Positions 29,941 to 43,166 of a stretch of 64,000 bases of DNA are shown here, in pieces. Position 1 is the stretch's first letter, and every line of letters starts with the position of its first letter. Below the pieces are notes generated by a model. It worked only from the letters and a program-made list of their open reading frames with translations. It was not told the origin of the DNA and did not search any database. Both the position numbers and the translations under genes were made by a program. Source of the stretch: the human T2T-CHM13v2.0 reference genome, Homo sapiens. Where the stretch lies: NCBI RefSeq assembly GCF_009914755.1, contig NC_060944.1. One strand, given 5' to 3'.

Positions 29941-32679
29941 TTCTTCATTTGTCTCCTTATTTGAAGCATCAGCCTGTGGTGATCATGAACACAGGCTCTG
30001 GAGTTACATGGACTTGGATTTGGATGCTGGTTCTCCCAATTACTTGCTGTGTGACCTTGGATAATGCTTAACCTCTCTGAAACTCAATTTTCAAATCTGA
30101 AACAGGGTTGGAAGTTGCAGGAGATAATGTATGTCGAAGTGTCCAGCACATTACTTGGTCAGTAGCAGACATGTAATCTTAAATATTGCCACGTTAGGTC
30201 TCTGTTAAGTATGTACAATTTTGATCTTCATGAAGGCAGAGACACTGTCTTATTTACCTCCATATCGCATGTCTAACTGAGGACATGTCTTAAAATATAT
30301 TTTCAGTGACTATTTGATGAATGAATGTATGAAATGAGCTTAACAGATTGCATTTTGTAAGTTGTAAAGGCAAAAGGAATTCACTTTAAGACGTCGAACT
30401 CATTTAGAAAGAACCAGAATAGTTACTGTGCATCTAGAATGTAAGGAAAAAAAGCAAACAAGAAACAAATTAACACTGTTCTTTCATTAGCTACAGCTCG
30501 CCATTCAGTCTTGTGGGTCTGGTCAGTCACCTTTGACCCCTGACCTCTTGCCTTGACCTAGGCATACAGGCCATTGCCAAGCTCTCTTGAGTCTGTATGT
30601 AGAGAGATTTTAAGAGCTCATAGGGCCCTCTGAGGTCATTTGGTCAGCTCAACTTCCAGTATTTGTATTTTAGTTGTCAAGCACTTCTTTTCTAAAGGAA
30701 TGTGACCCTGAAAGTCCAATATGTAAAAACAGACTGAGGTAGAGATGCCATGATTGAAACACAGGATCAGGAGGTCATATTCCTTCTACTGAGGGCTTTG
30801 CAGATGCCGTTCTCTTGGACAGAAATGCAATTCCATCCTCCCTGTCCCAATTATCCGGCTAAGTATTACTTGTGCTTTAGGTCCTAGCTTAAATAACACT
30901 TTCTTCAGGAAGCCTTCCCTGACCTTCTTTTGACCAGGTCAGTTTTCCCTTCTGTATATTCATAGTCCTGTTACCTCTATTTGCTAGCACACGCCTCAGT
31001 TGCAAATTTGCATCTATTAATATTAATTTCCTCTTACACTAGGAGCAAAATAGAGGAAAGCCTGTGATGAGTTTGTTTACTATTATACTCCGGGCACTCA
31101 TTGCAAGGCCTGGCTTGCACACAATTGGTGTCACTTAATATTAATACCTTAATAGAAGTGTATCTGATTTAATCCCATTCTTTTCCAGATTGCACAAATG
31201 CTACTGTGTCCACTGCATGCCAGATACTCTTTGAGTACTGGAAATACGCTAGTGAAGGAGGCGGACAGGAGTATGCGTCTAGTCAGGATGACAGACAACA
31301 GAGGAATCATTAATTTCAATGGTGATAAATGCATTTCATACATTGGACCTCTATGTAATATTTAATCAGAAGATAAAGTTCTTTTACTGAAAAATAATTA
31401 GTAGGTTTCTAGGCCAGCACATTTTGTGGGTCATGAAGTCAGCAGCTAAGAGTGGTACTTGGAATCTTGTCTTTGTGGTTCATTTAGGGTGGGAGAGTGT
31501 CTGTGAGGCCCAGCCACCTTGTCAGAATGGAAGTTTCATCACCCGCTGATGAGTGTTAGACAGTGCGTCAGTTCATCTCAAAGTTGCCAAAATATGCACC
31601 TACCTGGGTCTGCTTTGATAAATAGATAAGAACTTGTGTTCCTTGCGAGTCCATCAGAACTCAGTTATCATAATCATCTGTCACATGTTCCTTAACCCTA
31701 TGGGCAATTCTAGGGAGGTGGCTGATCTAGATGAAAGAAGGTCCTTCAGCAACTGTCCAGGGCACTTGGAAGAATATCCAAGCTCCCCACCATGACCTAT
31801 GGGCCTGTGCTGATCTCGGTCTCTTCTCCCTGCCCATCTTCATTTTGTTCCATGGCCTCTCATGTTGCAGATGTCAATCTCAGGTCCTATTTGAATTATT
31901 CCCAGTTGCAAATCAGGAAGGTATTAATTGGTGCATGTTCTGTAAGTGCTGTTAGAATTAGAGCTACTGGGCTGGCTGACAGGAGTTTAGAGGGCAGCCC
32001 TTTTCCTCCTCTGAGCCTGTCTCCCCAGCCATCCCTTCTAAAAGTTGCTGGGCTGATGCTTGTATCTTGGCTGGCTCTGATGCCAGCTCTGACGGGGCCA
32101 CCCTGGAACCTGCTTGCACAGGCTGTCGAGGGCGTGAGAACCCAAGCAGACAACTCCCAGTCCTACCTCCTTTGCTGTGCCAGGCTGCCAGTGCCAGCTG
32201 AGGAGGCCCCCTCCTGCCTCTGCTTGTTTCCCTTGATTGTTATGTAATGTTCGGCAGCAGGAGGTAAATTCCTCTCCAATTTCCAGGCCCGTTACAGCGC
32301 ATGAACCCCACCGTGGGGAGCCACAGTGATTGAGCTCAGCAGCCAGGTCCCATGCTGAGTGTCATAAATCAGGCCTATTACCAGCTTCTCCTGGCAGATG
32401 CCATAGCCAAGAACCTGCCCACTGCTTGCGAGACCCAGCCGCCTCTGCATACTGTTAAACCAGGGCTGACAGATCCACCGGGGATTTAGGGGATCTTCAT
32501 GACACTCTGGCTGGGTGTTGCCAGGAATCTTATTCTGAGAGAGCAGGAGGTGACACAGCCCTTGGCAAGGCATCTCAGACCTGAGATCTCACAGCCTGAT
32601 GTACGGGGAGCAGAATCAGGGCATGATCACCTGCAGGCTACCTGGATTTCCTGGTATGGTGGCCTCTTGTGTGCCTGGC

Positions 32680-32851
32680 TGTACACGTAAGAACCTCTAG
32701 GGGACTTGTTAAAAAATATACATCTCCCAGGTCCATCCCCAGAGATTCTGATTTGGTAAGTGTTCCTTGGGACATGGAAATTAGCATTTTTTACTAGATC
32801 CCAGGTGATTCTGATGCAGGTGGTTCCTGGACCACCCTTTGAGAAATGCTG
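32680..32851 (-). mobile_element. MER5A-family
   Basis: ccccagagattctgattt...ccaggtgattctgatgcagg...ctttgagaaatgctg. Confidence 0.75.
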
Positions 32852-33159
32852 CTTTGGGACCAGCTGTATCCCTGAAGTGATGCCTGTAAAATGAATGCCT
32901 ATAAATTGTGGGTCTTTTTTTTCCATTTCCTTCTATCATTTGGCTGAAGATGTGTTTGCCTGGGGAAGAAGATGTGGGCTTCAAGAATCAATGGCAATCA
33001 AACTGAAGAATAAGACAAATCTTTGACTATGACATATTTAAAGGGCAATAATAATGCTAATAGCAAGGGGAAAAGTCCCGTAGTAGGATGTTTTGCTGAT
33101 ACTTAACGTGCTACAGGGGGAGCTCTATCCTTGTTTCTCATTGGCTCTGTCTGTATGAC

Positions 33160-33285
33160 CAAGGTTGTCATATGTCCTGGTTATCCTGGGTCAGTCCAAG
33201 TTTATGCAGGTTGTCCCAGTGCAACTTCTAATAGTTCCCCCTTCGACTCTCGAAAGTCCCAGTCTGGATGACAGTTGTTACTCTG
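33160..33285 (+). mobile_element. MER94 hAT-Blackjack MITE
   Basis: catatgtcctggtt...taatagttcccccttcgactctcgaaagtcccagtctgga. Confidence 0.7.
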
Positions 33286-33503
33286 TCAATAACCCATAGG
33301 ATTGCTTCCCTTAAGACCTCCACTTTTCTTCCAAAGGGATCTGCCCTATAGTTGTCTCTGAAGGATTTTGTCAGACTGATCCCAGTAGTGGATTTCACAC
33401 TAAAGTTCACCCTGACTCTGGGCTGGGATGAATGGTAAAAGGAACTCTTTGACCAGGTAATCCCCCTACTCTTTCCAGGAAATCCCGGTGGGGAAAAGGA
33501 AGG

Positions 33504-33773
33504 TCCTATGACCTGAACAGAAGAAACAGAATTTGGTGGCCAGGGAAAGCCTTCCCTGGGGGTCCACCCTTCCTGTGACCTGAACAGAAGAAACAGAATT
33601 TGGTGGCCAGGGAAAACCTTCCCTGGGGGTCCACCCTTCCTGTGACCTGAACAGAAGAAACAGAATTTGGTGGTCAGGGAAAACCTTCCCTGGGGGTCCA
33701 CCCTTCCTGTGACCTGAACAGAAGCAACAGAATTTGGTGGCCAGGGAAAGTGTTCCCTGGGGGTCCACCCTTC
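33504..33773. repeat. Minisatellite, 67-bp unit x4
   Basis: tgacctgaacag recurs at 33509, 33576, 33643 and 33710. Units are nearly identical. Confidence 0.97.
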
Positions 33774-35193
33774 ACTTTGGGTGCATGAGATAAGACTACA
33801 TTTTCCTCTCAAATATCATAATAAAAACATTAATAATAAGTCCTAATAATCCATGAGATGTGGAGAAGTAGATAAGGAGTTCTAGAGTTAGACAGGCTAG
33901 ATTTGATTCCAGCACTGCCCTCACGGACTTGACTTCAAGCAGGTTGACCATGTGGGACCTCATTTTTCTCCTCTGTAAAATGGGGATAAAAATCTTCAAC
34001 CTGGGAGAGGACTTGAGATATTTGTAAAGAGCAGACACTTAATAGGTAGTCAATAAATGGTGATGGTTAGTATAATCATCATGACAATGACAATTAAAAA
34101 GCAAGATTTAATGTTTTAAAAATGTTTCCCAACATATTTCTTCTTTCGAAGGTGGGGGCAGTTAATGGTTTTATTTCTTTATCAATTTCCTCCCCTGGAA
34201 CTTTCCACCATGAAGGGTAAGCTATGAGGCTTCTCTGAAAAACAAAGAGAAGATTCCATTTAGAACAAAAAAACCCAGCATGAACATAGAAAACCCAGTG
34301 TGGGTTAGAAACACCCAAACATTTCTAGGGAAACTCAACAGGAGAATTTATTTCTCAAGGATTTTAGCATTGCATGGGAACTTCCCAGGCCCTTTTGTAA
34401 AGTCCTGAATTTAGCAAGATGCTGGAGGCATGTGGCACTGAAAAGAGGTTAAATTAGAATTGGGTAAGGGAAGAGTTCGGGAGACATGCCCAGGACAGCC
34501 CCCACACTGCTGTGGCACCTGAGATCCTATATGCCGCAGCGGGGACACACGTGCTGAGAGCTCTTGCAGACATGAGGTGTCTGGGATCACAACAAAGATC
34601 CTACCATGTTGGGGACTTTATGACCAGAGGCTGTGGCTGTGCACCTCAGTCACGGGTACCAATGGGACGCCCCCAAAGAACCATGTGAGACCAGTCACAC
34701 CTTGGCCGATGCTAGCGCAATGCTCAAAACCAGGTCAGAGGCCCAGGCCCCATACAGTGATGTTTGTTTCCATCTCTACTTGGGAAAGAGTTGGGGCATG
34801 GAGTGAGGGTGGGGGTTATGGGGAGTCATCCCTTTGAGAGAGCAAAGGGGAGATTTAGATTTTGCCTTGACCAAACATGCTAAATGAGACTATTTACATA
34901 CATATACATATTTTTTGAACTTTGAAAGTCTTTATCACAGTATTGCATGTGACAGAAAATTGCAGAGCCTATATGTTTAACAAGAGGCAAATAGTTAAAT
35001 AAATGTTGGTACAACCTTGAAAGAAATTACTAAAAGCCATTCATATTCATATGGTATAGGAGACACCTTCATATAATGACTTGGAAAGAAAGCTTACAGT
35101 TCGTTAACTAGTTAAAGAAGTGCCCCAGAGCTCTGATTGGCAGGAGATAGAAATCCAGTCAGAGCAGCTGAAGTGAGAAGATAAATTATAAGG

Positions 35194-35506
35194 TATCTTA
35201 GCTCAGGCTGCCTAGAAGCAGAGCCTGAGGCAGGGTTTCTTGGGCAAATGATGTAATGAGGAAACACTCTTGGGAAAAGGAGCTGAGGGAAGCGGGGCAG
35301 GGCAGGGGATGGTGCTAAGAGAGGATGTGGTCTCTAGGTGAAGACGAGCTTCAGCCTGATCCCATAGGGAACTCTGGTGTATAAAGAGCTTTATAGAATT
35401 GACACCACCTTAAGGCAAGGAGGCTAGCCCCGCGCACAGAAGCCAGGTGATGGGTGCACCAGCCTGGGCGAGGAGATCAAGGCTTGGTACCAACAGCATC
35501 AACTAC
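35194..35506 (-). mobile_element. LTR16-family (ERVL) LTR
   Basis: tcttagctcaggctgcctagaagcagagcctgaggcaggg. Confidence 0.7.
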
Positions 35507-35688
35507 CTAAAGATAGACTACGTAGAAAACTGAGAAAAGAACTGAAGTGCATTTGGGCTCTGCAGGAGTAGGCCTCCTCTCCTTCTTTCTGTATACCTGC
35601 TGTATTCTCCTCTCATAGAATGACTCCACTGGGCCCACACTAGATTCATGAACTAAAAGGCAGTTCATATACAACTTGGTGAGTTATG

Positions 35689-37961
35689 TGATATGGTTTG
35701 GCTGTGTCCCCACTGAAATCTCAATTTGAATTGTATCTCCCAGAATTCCCACATGTTGTGGGAGGGACCCAGGGAGAGGTAATTGAATCATGGGGGCTGG
35801 TCTTTCCCATGCCATTCTCATGATAGTGAATAGGTCTCACGAGATCTGATGGGTTATCAGGGGTTTCTGCTTTTGCTTCTTCCTCATTTTATCTCTTGCT
35901 GCTACCACGTAAGAAGAGCCTTCTGCCTCCCGCCATGATTCTGAGGACTTCCCAGCCATGTGGAACTGTTAAGTCCAATTAAACCTCTTTTCCTTCCCAG
36001 ACTCAGGTATGTCTTTATCAGCAGCCTGAAAACAGGCTAATACAGTAAATTGGTACCAGTAGAGTGGGCTGTTGCTGAAAAGATACCCAAAAATGGGGAA
36101 GCAACTTTGGAACTGGGTAACAGGCAGAGGTTGGAATAGTTTGGAGGGCTCAGAAGACGACAGGAAAATGTGGGAAAGTTTGGAACCTCCTAGAGACTTG
36201 TTGAATGGCTTTGACAAAAATGCTGATAGTGATATGAACATTAAGGTCCAGGCTGAGGGGGTCTCAGATGGAGATGAGGAACTTGTTGGGAACTGGAGCA
36301 AAGGTGACTCTTGTTATGTTTTAGCAAAGAGACTGGCAGCATTTTGCCCCTGCCCTAGAGATTTGTGGAACTTCGAACTTGAGAGAGATGATTTAGGGTA
36401 TCTGGCGGAAGAAATTTCTAAGCAGCAAAGCATTCAAAAGTTGACTTGGGTACTGTTAAAAGCATTCCATTTTAAAATGGAAACAGCATAAAAATTCAGA
36501 AAATTTGCAGCCTGACAATGTAGTAGAAAAGAAAAACCCATTTTTTGAGGAGAAATTCAAACCGGCTACAGAAATTTGCATAAGTAGCAAGGAGCCTAAT
36601 GTTAATCCCCAAGACCATGGGGAAAATGTCTCCAGGCCATGTCAGAGACTTTCACAGCAGCCCCTCCCATCGCAGGCCTGGAGGTCCAGGAAGAAAAAGT
36701 GGTTTTGTGGGCTGGGCCCAGGGTCTCCACGCTGTGTGCAGCCTAGGGACTTGGTGTCCTGTGTTCCAGCCACTCCAGCCATGGCTGAAAGGGGCCAAGG
36801 TAGAGCTCAGGCTGTGGCTTCAGAGGGTGGAAGCCCCAAGCCTTGACAGCTTCCACATGGTGTTGAGCCTGTGGGTGCAAATAAATCAAGAAATGGGGTT
36901 TGGGAACCTCTGCCTAGATTTCAGAAGATGTGTGGAAATGCCTGGATGCCCTGGCAAAAGTTTGCTGCAGTGGTGGGGCCCTCAAGGAGAACCTCTGCTA
37001 GGGCAGTGCAGCAGGGAAATGTGGGGTTGGAGCCCCCACACAGAGTCCCTGTTGGGGCACTGCCTAGTGGAGCTGTGAGAAGAGGGCCACTGTGTTCCAG
37101 ACTCTAGAATGGTAGCTTGCACCGTGCACCTGGAAAAGCTGCAGACACTCAATGCCAGCCTGTGAAAGCACCCAGAAGAGAGGCTGTACCCTGCAAAACC
37201 ACAGGGGCAGTGCTACCCAAGACCATGGGAACCCTCCTCTTGCATCAGCATGACCTGGATGTGAGACCTTGAGTCAAAGGAGATCATTTTGGAGCTCTGC
37301 GATTTGACTGTCCTACTGAATTTCAGACTTGCATGGGCCCTGTAACCCCTTTGTTTTGGCCAATTTCTCCCATTTGGAATGGCTGTATTTACTCAATACC
37401 TGTACCTCCCCTTTGTAGCTAGGAAGTAACTAGCTTGCTTTTGATTTTACAGGCTCATAGGTGGAAGGGACTTGTCTCAGATGAGACTTTGGACTGTGGA
37501 CTTTTGGGTTAATATTGAAATGAATTAAGACTTTGGGGGATTGTTGGGAAGGCATGATTGGTTTTGAAATGTGAGGACATGAGATTTGGAGGGGCCAGGG
37601 GCAGAATAACATGGTTTGGCTGCGTCTCTGCCAAAATCTCAACTTCAATTGTATCTCCCAGAATTCCCACGTGTTGTGGGAGGGGCCCGGGGGAGGTAAT
37701 TGAGTCATGGGGGCCAGTCTTTCCTGTGCTATTCTCATGATAGTGAATAAGTCTCGTGAGACCTGATGGGTTTATCAGGGGTTTCCGCTTTTGCTTCTTC
37801 CTCATTTTTTCTCTTGCCGCCACCATGTAAGAAGTGCCTTTCACCTCCCACCATGATTCTGAAGCCTCCTCAGCCATGTGAAATCGTAAGTCCAATTAAG
37901 TCTCTTTTTCTTCCCAGACTCTGGTATGTCTGTATCAGCAGTGTGAAAACGAACTAATACA
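35689..37961 (+). mobile_element. Full-length THE1A MaLR provirus: 5' LTR 35689-36044, internal 36045-37606, 3' LTR 37607-37961
   Basis: Two LTRs of about 355 bp with THE1A-type tatctcccagaattccc. Internal part begins gtaaattggtacc and ends in a polypurine tract. ORFs 36072-36491, 36505-36846 and 36871-37107 are fragments of the THE1 internal ORF. Confidence 0.96.
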
Positions 37962-39065
37962 TTGACTTGTCCAGCATAGCTGGAAGGGATAAATTGGGTC
38001 ATCTAGATCTTCTCTTAGCAATTATGAATTGGAGAATAATTATTGAACCAGCTAGCTATAGAAGCTGAACTGAACTAAAGGGACAAGAGGAAGCTTGGAC
38101 CTGGGGTGGCTACCTTGGTCAATTTATGTAGTGAAGCTCAAGAGAAGTAGAGACAGAACAAGTGAAATAAGTGGGGCTGCACACAGGTGCCTCCCCTACC
38201 CAGGGCCTCCTTTGCTTGGGGTTTGGTTTCCACTTGGCCTGGGCTTTGGGGAGTATCAAGGAATGGCTTTACACACTGACTGATGGGTGCTGAGGGACTC
38301 CCCAGATTTATCTAGGCTGATATTGTGTAGTAGTACCAAAGATATTGATGGCAATTAAGATAATAATAAAAATGGAGATAGCAATAATGATAACTCGAAG
38401 TAAGGACTTGCTGTGTGCCAAGAACATTCTTAAGCACTTTACCTGTATGTTATCATGTCTTCCTTACAACGACTCCATGAGGTAAGAACTATTATTATCT
38501 TCCTATTATAGATAAAGAACCTGAGATCCAGGGAGATCAATAGATTCTCCCAAGTTCACTTGGCTAGTTAGTATTGAAGTCTGAATTGAGGTTTAGCCAG
38601 CCAGACCCAGGCATGCTATGCTATACTAAAATTATGCACCCTCATACACACACATGCATACGAATGGGCCCTGGATTCACACAACTCTCGAGTCAAGCTC
38701 TCCTTATTCTTATTCTACTCCAGCAAGCATCTCAACCTATCTTAAGCTCAATTTTCAGGGGAAGTCCCTAACACAGTGTCTGACACTCAGTAAACGTATA
38801 GTAGCCACTCAGTAGATGTGTCTTCCTTCGTTTGATTCTTCTTCTCATGTCTGAGAGAGTGTTTGGGCATCTACATTTACATAGGGGTCAGAGGTGAGCA
38901 CTGGTGCTTTGTCCCTGGCTTTCTACTCTGGCAGAGAGAGCACATTTTACCTTCAGAGAGGCAATTAGACCCCAGATGGCAGCACTGAGCTTCTGCACAG
39001 TATTGGCTCCCCAGTGGACTAGGCAGAAGAACATCACCTCCAGGATCCCCCTCAGGTGTGGGTGT

Positions 39066-39137
39066 GACCTAGTTACTGGATGGTTGCAGAGAGGACAGAC
39101 CCCAGTTACTGGATGGATGCAGAGAGGACAGACCCCA
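39066..39137. repeat. 33-bp tandem duplication
   Basis: agttactggatgg(t/a)tgcagagaggacagacccc at 39071 and 39104. Confidence 0.9.
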
Positions 39138-40099
39138 TGGGGGAGTCAGGGAAATGAGTTGAGTTCCAGGGGGCTGGTAGCTCCCACACTCACAGAGTGG
39201 AGTGTTGGGGATGTCAGGAGCCCTCATCTCTGATCTGAGCCTGTCCCTCCCTTCTGCTCTTTCCCTTTTTCCCAGCCCCACCTTCTCACTTTAAGTCTCT
39301 CTATGTCTCTCTTTTTCACTCTATTGCTTTTCCTTCCCCCTCCTTTCCCTTTGCTCTTTCTCTCTCCTATCTTCCATCCTTTGCTTTTCTCCTTTGTTCT
39401 TCCCCCACATCTTGCCATCTTTGCTCAGCTGCCCTCCCCTCTGACTACTAGCCTTTGTCTTACTAATTGGGATGGGCAGTTCCATCCCAAGCTGCCCTGA
39501 TTTGACCCCTGACTGTGAGGGCTTTGATAGTCCTTGAGATAACAGCAGCCTCTGCCCAAATGAGGTTTCTGTCTTGAACAATCACATTGCCTGCTTGGTA
39601 ATGTGGTTTCGGCTTCTGTAAAATGGGGACAGAGCTGGTGCTGGACCAAATCCAATTCCCCAACTTGACTTTATACTTGAAGAGTGTGCGTCTTCCACAC
39701 AATGTGAAACTATATAGCAATACGAATGAACAAGTTATAACTACACCCACAGAGAGGATGTTGAGTAAAAGATGCCCAGACACAAATTTACTGAATGATT
39801 ACATTTATAGGGAGTTAGCAAAACTGACAAGAGGCATCTATGGTGTTAGCAGTCAGAATAGTGGTTACCCTTGGGGGAGTAGTGACAGAAGGGATTTTTT
39901 TTCTGGGGTGCTAATCACACTCCATTTCTTGACCTGGGTATTGGTTACATGGTGGTGTTCACTTTTGAAGATTCTTCAAACTATTCATTTGTGATTTGTA
40001 CAGTTTTCTGTATTTATTATAGAGAAAACATTAAATTATTTGAAATGGACCAAAACATAACTGGGCATTTTTAATAGAAATCAAGGTGTCTAAAACACC

Positions 40100-40845
40100 T
40101 GTTGTGTAATAAAGAATTTGGCTGGCCTTTGCTCCTTGTTTTGGAGAGGGAGCCTCTAATCCCTTGGAATTTTTGGACTGTTAAGAATGTGTTTGTTATT
40201 CATGGCTTGCATCTCAGACACACCTGGCTTCATGCTAATGAGGTGACTAATGGTGGTCCCTAGATGGTTTCAGGATGGGAGCTGGCCACACCAGAAAGAC
40301 CAACCATGTGATTAAGAGGTTGGAGCTTTTAGTGAAGTGATGTCAGTTTGACCTCTGGGGAGTGGAGGCAGGTTAGAGATTGAGTTCAGTCACGTGGTCA
40401 ATGATTCATTCAATCCATAGTGAAATCCCAGTAAAAATTCTGGACATTGGCGCTCAGGTGAACTTTCCTGGTTGGGGATGCACATCTATGTGCTAAGAAG
40501 GTAGCACATCCTGAGGATGTGGAAACCTTGTGTCTGTAGCCGTCCCATACTTCACACTGTGGGTCTGGTCTCTTCTCTTGGCTGGTCCTGATTTAATCCT
40601 ATGTAATAAAGCTGTAATCATAAGTATAGCACTTTCCTGAGTTCTGTAGGCTGTTCCAGTGAATTATTGAATCTGAAGGAACCTCTGAGTTTGTAGCTAG
40701 TTGGTCAGAAGTGTGGGTAGACTGGGGACTTTCAAGCTTGTGGCTGGTGTCTTAAATGAAGGCAGTCTTGTCGAGGACTGTGTCCTTTACTTGTGGAGTT
40801 TGACCTGATTCTAAGTACGGAGAGTCAGAAATGCATTGTGGTACC
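40100..40845 (+). mobile_element. MER21-family LTR
   Basis: atgctaatgaggtgact...tttcaggatgggagctggccacaccagaaagacc...ttcctgagttctgt. Confidence 0.8.
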
Positions 40846-40863
40846 CTTCTGGGCAATCTGATT

Positions 40864-41256
40864 TGTTAAAAGAAAACTTCAACCAAGTTAAATAAGAGTT
40901 TAATTGAGCAAAGAATGATTCATGAATTGGGCAGCCTCCCAAGCCAGAGTAGGCTCAGAGAGTCCAGCACAGCCACATGGTGGAAGAAGATTTATGGACA
41001 GGAAAAGGAAAGTGACATACAGAAAATAGGAGTGAAGTCAGAAACAGCCGGATTCGTTACAGCTCAGTGTTTCCCTCATTTGAACACGGTTTAAACAATT
41101 TACCACATTTGATTGGCCAAAACTCAGTGATTGGCAGAAGAGCAGGCTACAGTCTGTTTACAATTCCATTTAGATTATAGTTCGCAATGTACTGAGAAAA
41201 CTTTAGGCTGACCTTAAAATATGTAAGGAGGAGGCAGCTTTAGGCTAGATTTAACA
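40864..41256 (-). mobile_element. MER57-family ERV1 solo LTR
   Basis: tgttaaa...tttaaca ends. 4-bp TSD GATT at 40860-40863 and 41257-41260. Tandem CCAAT boxes. Confidence 0.88.
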
Positions 41257-42672
41257 GATTCTATAAGGGCTCAGTGACCTTTAATATCTTTGAGCTTTTT
41301 TATACCTTTGTAAGTTGTAGTTAACTGAAAGCAGTGTAAATGATAGCTGCCCATAGATGTGCACATTTTGTCTGGTGATAGAGGGATAATCCCTCTTCAG
41401 TACTCCCAAAGCCAGTTGTATATCTATTTGTAAATTCATTTCAGCATGAACTGAATCAACTATAAAAGTGTGATACTTTGAGTTATCTTTTGAACCCATC
41501 ATAACATCTTACTGATTCCATAGTTAATAGGTTAAATATCTTCAGCATATTTTCATTTTATATTTGCATAAGAGTCATGATTGTCTTTTAAAGTTTAATA
41601 ATGTTTTATACTTCAATAATTTTTTTTAAAATATGCATTTTCCCAGGCCCTATATGAGCCATACTGATCCATCATTTCTGGGATTGGGGCTACAGGAATC
41701 TGCATTATAATAAATTTTCTCAGTGATTCTGATGCTATTACTCATGGCCTAATAATTGAAACTCTGCACTAGACAATAGCCAAGGCTCCCTGTGGCTTCG
41801 GCACATCAGGATTTGAGAGCAGATTTGAACCTCCAAGGTTATCATTTGACGCCATTTATCTTCATCCTGTTTGGGGTTTTCATTCATAAAGGAGTTCCTG
41901 GCCAGGATTTGCAAAAGAAAATAAAGGTTACACCCTTGCAAAGCGGTGTTTGGAAAGCCTTCTAGCCAAGACTTTTCCTTCATTCTGTTCTGGAGTCCAA
42001 CCAAAGAGGCTAACAAAGAATCAGGCAGGGCTGGGCTGTGACTCAGGCCAAGGTAGACAGAAGCTGAAGAGCCCCCACTTACTTCTATGCCACTTTCTTA
42101 TTAAGCTGCAGCCTTGGTTTTGCAATGGAATTATTTTTTTTTTGTCTTTCTTCCTTCAATTTCTAATGCAAACAGCAATCCTCAGAAAAGCAACATTTAT
42201 TAAATCAGGAGAATTACAATATCAATGGGAAGTTATCATGCAATAACCTTCTATTGATTTGTGTATTGCCAGTAATGAAATCAACTGGAATATTATTTAT
42301 TAAACATATTGATTAGCAAAAAATAATTTGCAAGGATGGAAGCCTGACTCTACAGGGGATCCCACTGAGTTTTGAGTGTGTATCTGCAATTTTTTCCTTT
42401 TGCTTGGGGAAGAGCTGTAGTGAGTATCTGACCCAATACAGAGCTAGCCCCAAGATGCAGTGTCCTTGAGAGCATCCACTGGGGAAGGGCAGATTTGTAG
42501 CCTGTTGGGCCTGGACATTTGTATGATTGGCCAGAAAGGGCCCAGAACAGACTGCCATTGTTTCTCTACCAAAGACAGGATGAAGTACTGACTGGGTAGA
42601 GTTGTTTCTCACTCCTGCTTATCCCAGGGAGAGAGTGGTGGCTGGGAAGTGGGGAAAAGTACAAAGGGGCAA

Positions 42673-43166
42673 TATCTTGGTTTAGGTTCTCCCAAAAGCA
42701 GACACTGAGGTAAGATTTGGGGGCAGGTGGTTTGTTTGGGAGATGATCCTGGGAAGTACAGGGAATGAGGGGATGGGGAAGGTGGAGTGTGTCATCAGTG
42801 AGTGTGTCATTGACCGGGTAGCACTTTGGGCAACTGGGGCTCAGTTCTGCTGGGGACCCTCTGAACATATGTTTGACATATATCATAAATGCTCACCAAG
42901 GGACAAAGAAGCTGAGGCATTTTCCACTAGCTCCTGCCTCTCATTGATTGAGACACATTCCTCTTTATCTTAACCCTCTGGCATCTCTTGTATTCCTGGG
43001 CTATCACACACATTGGCTGAGCATGTTATTCAGGAAGTGCGTAGCTATATGTAGAAAGATACAGGTGCTTGAGGAGGAACCTTCTTAATGGATGAGAATG
43101 GTCCACTGCAGCTGTAGGATCTTTGCGGCCAAGGGGATGTGGGAGGTGCCTGACAGTATGTGCCAC
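42673..43166 (-). mobile_element. LTR16-family LTR
   Basis: tcttggtttaggttctcccaaaagcagacactgagg...tttgggagatgatcc. Confidence 0.7.

Noticed and set aside
33228-33812. Longest ORF (194 aa) and a CRISPR-like array of palindromic repeats
   Set aside because: The ORF is produced by the 67-bp minisatellite. The repeats are head-to-tail with no unique spacers and no cas genes, in mammalian DNA.
36072-37107. Protein-like ORFs of 139, 113, 159 and 78 aa
   Set aside because: They lie inside the THE1A internal region and are MaLR remnants, not a host gene.
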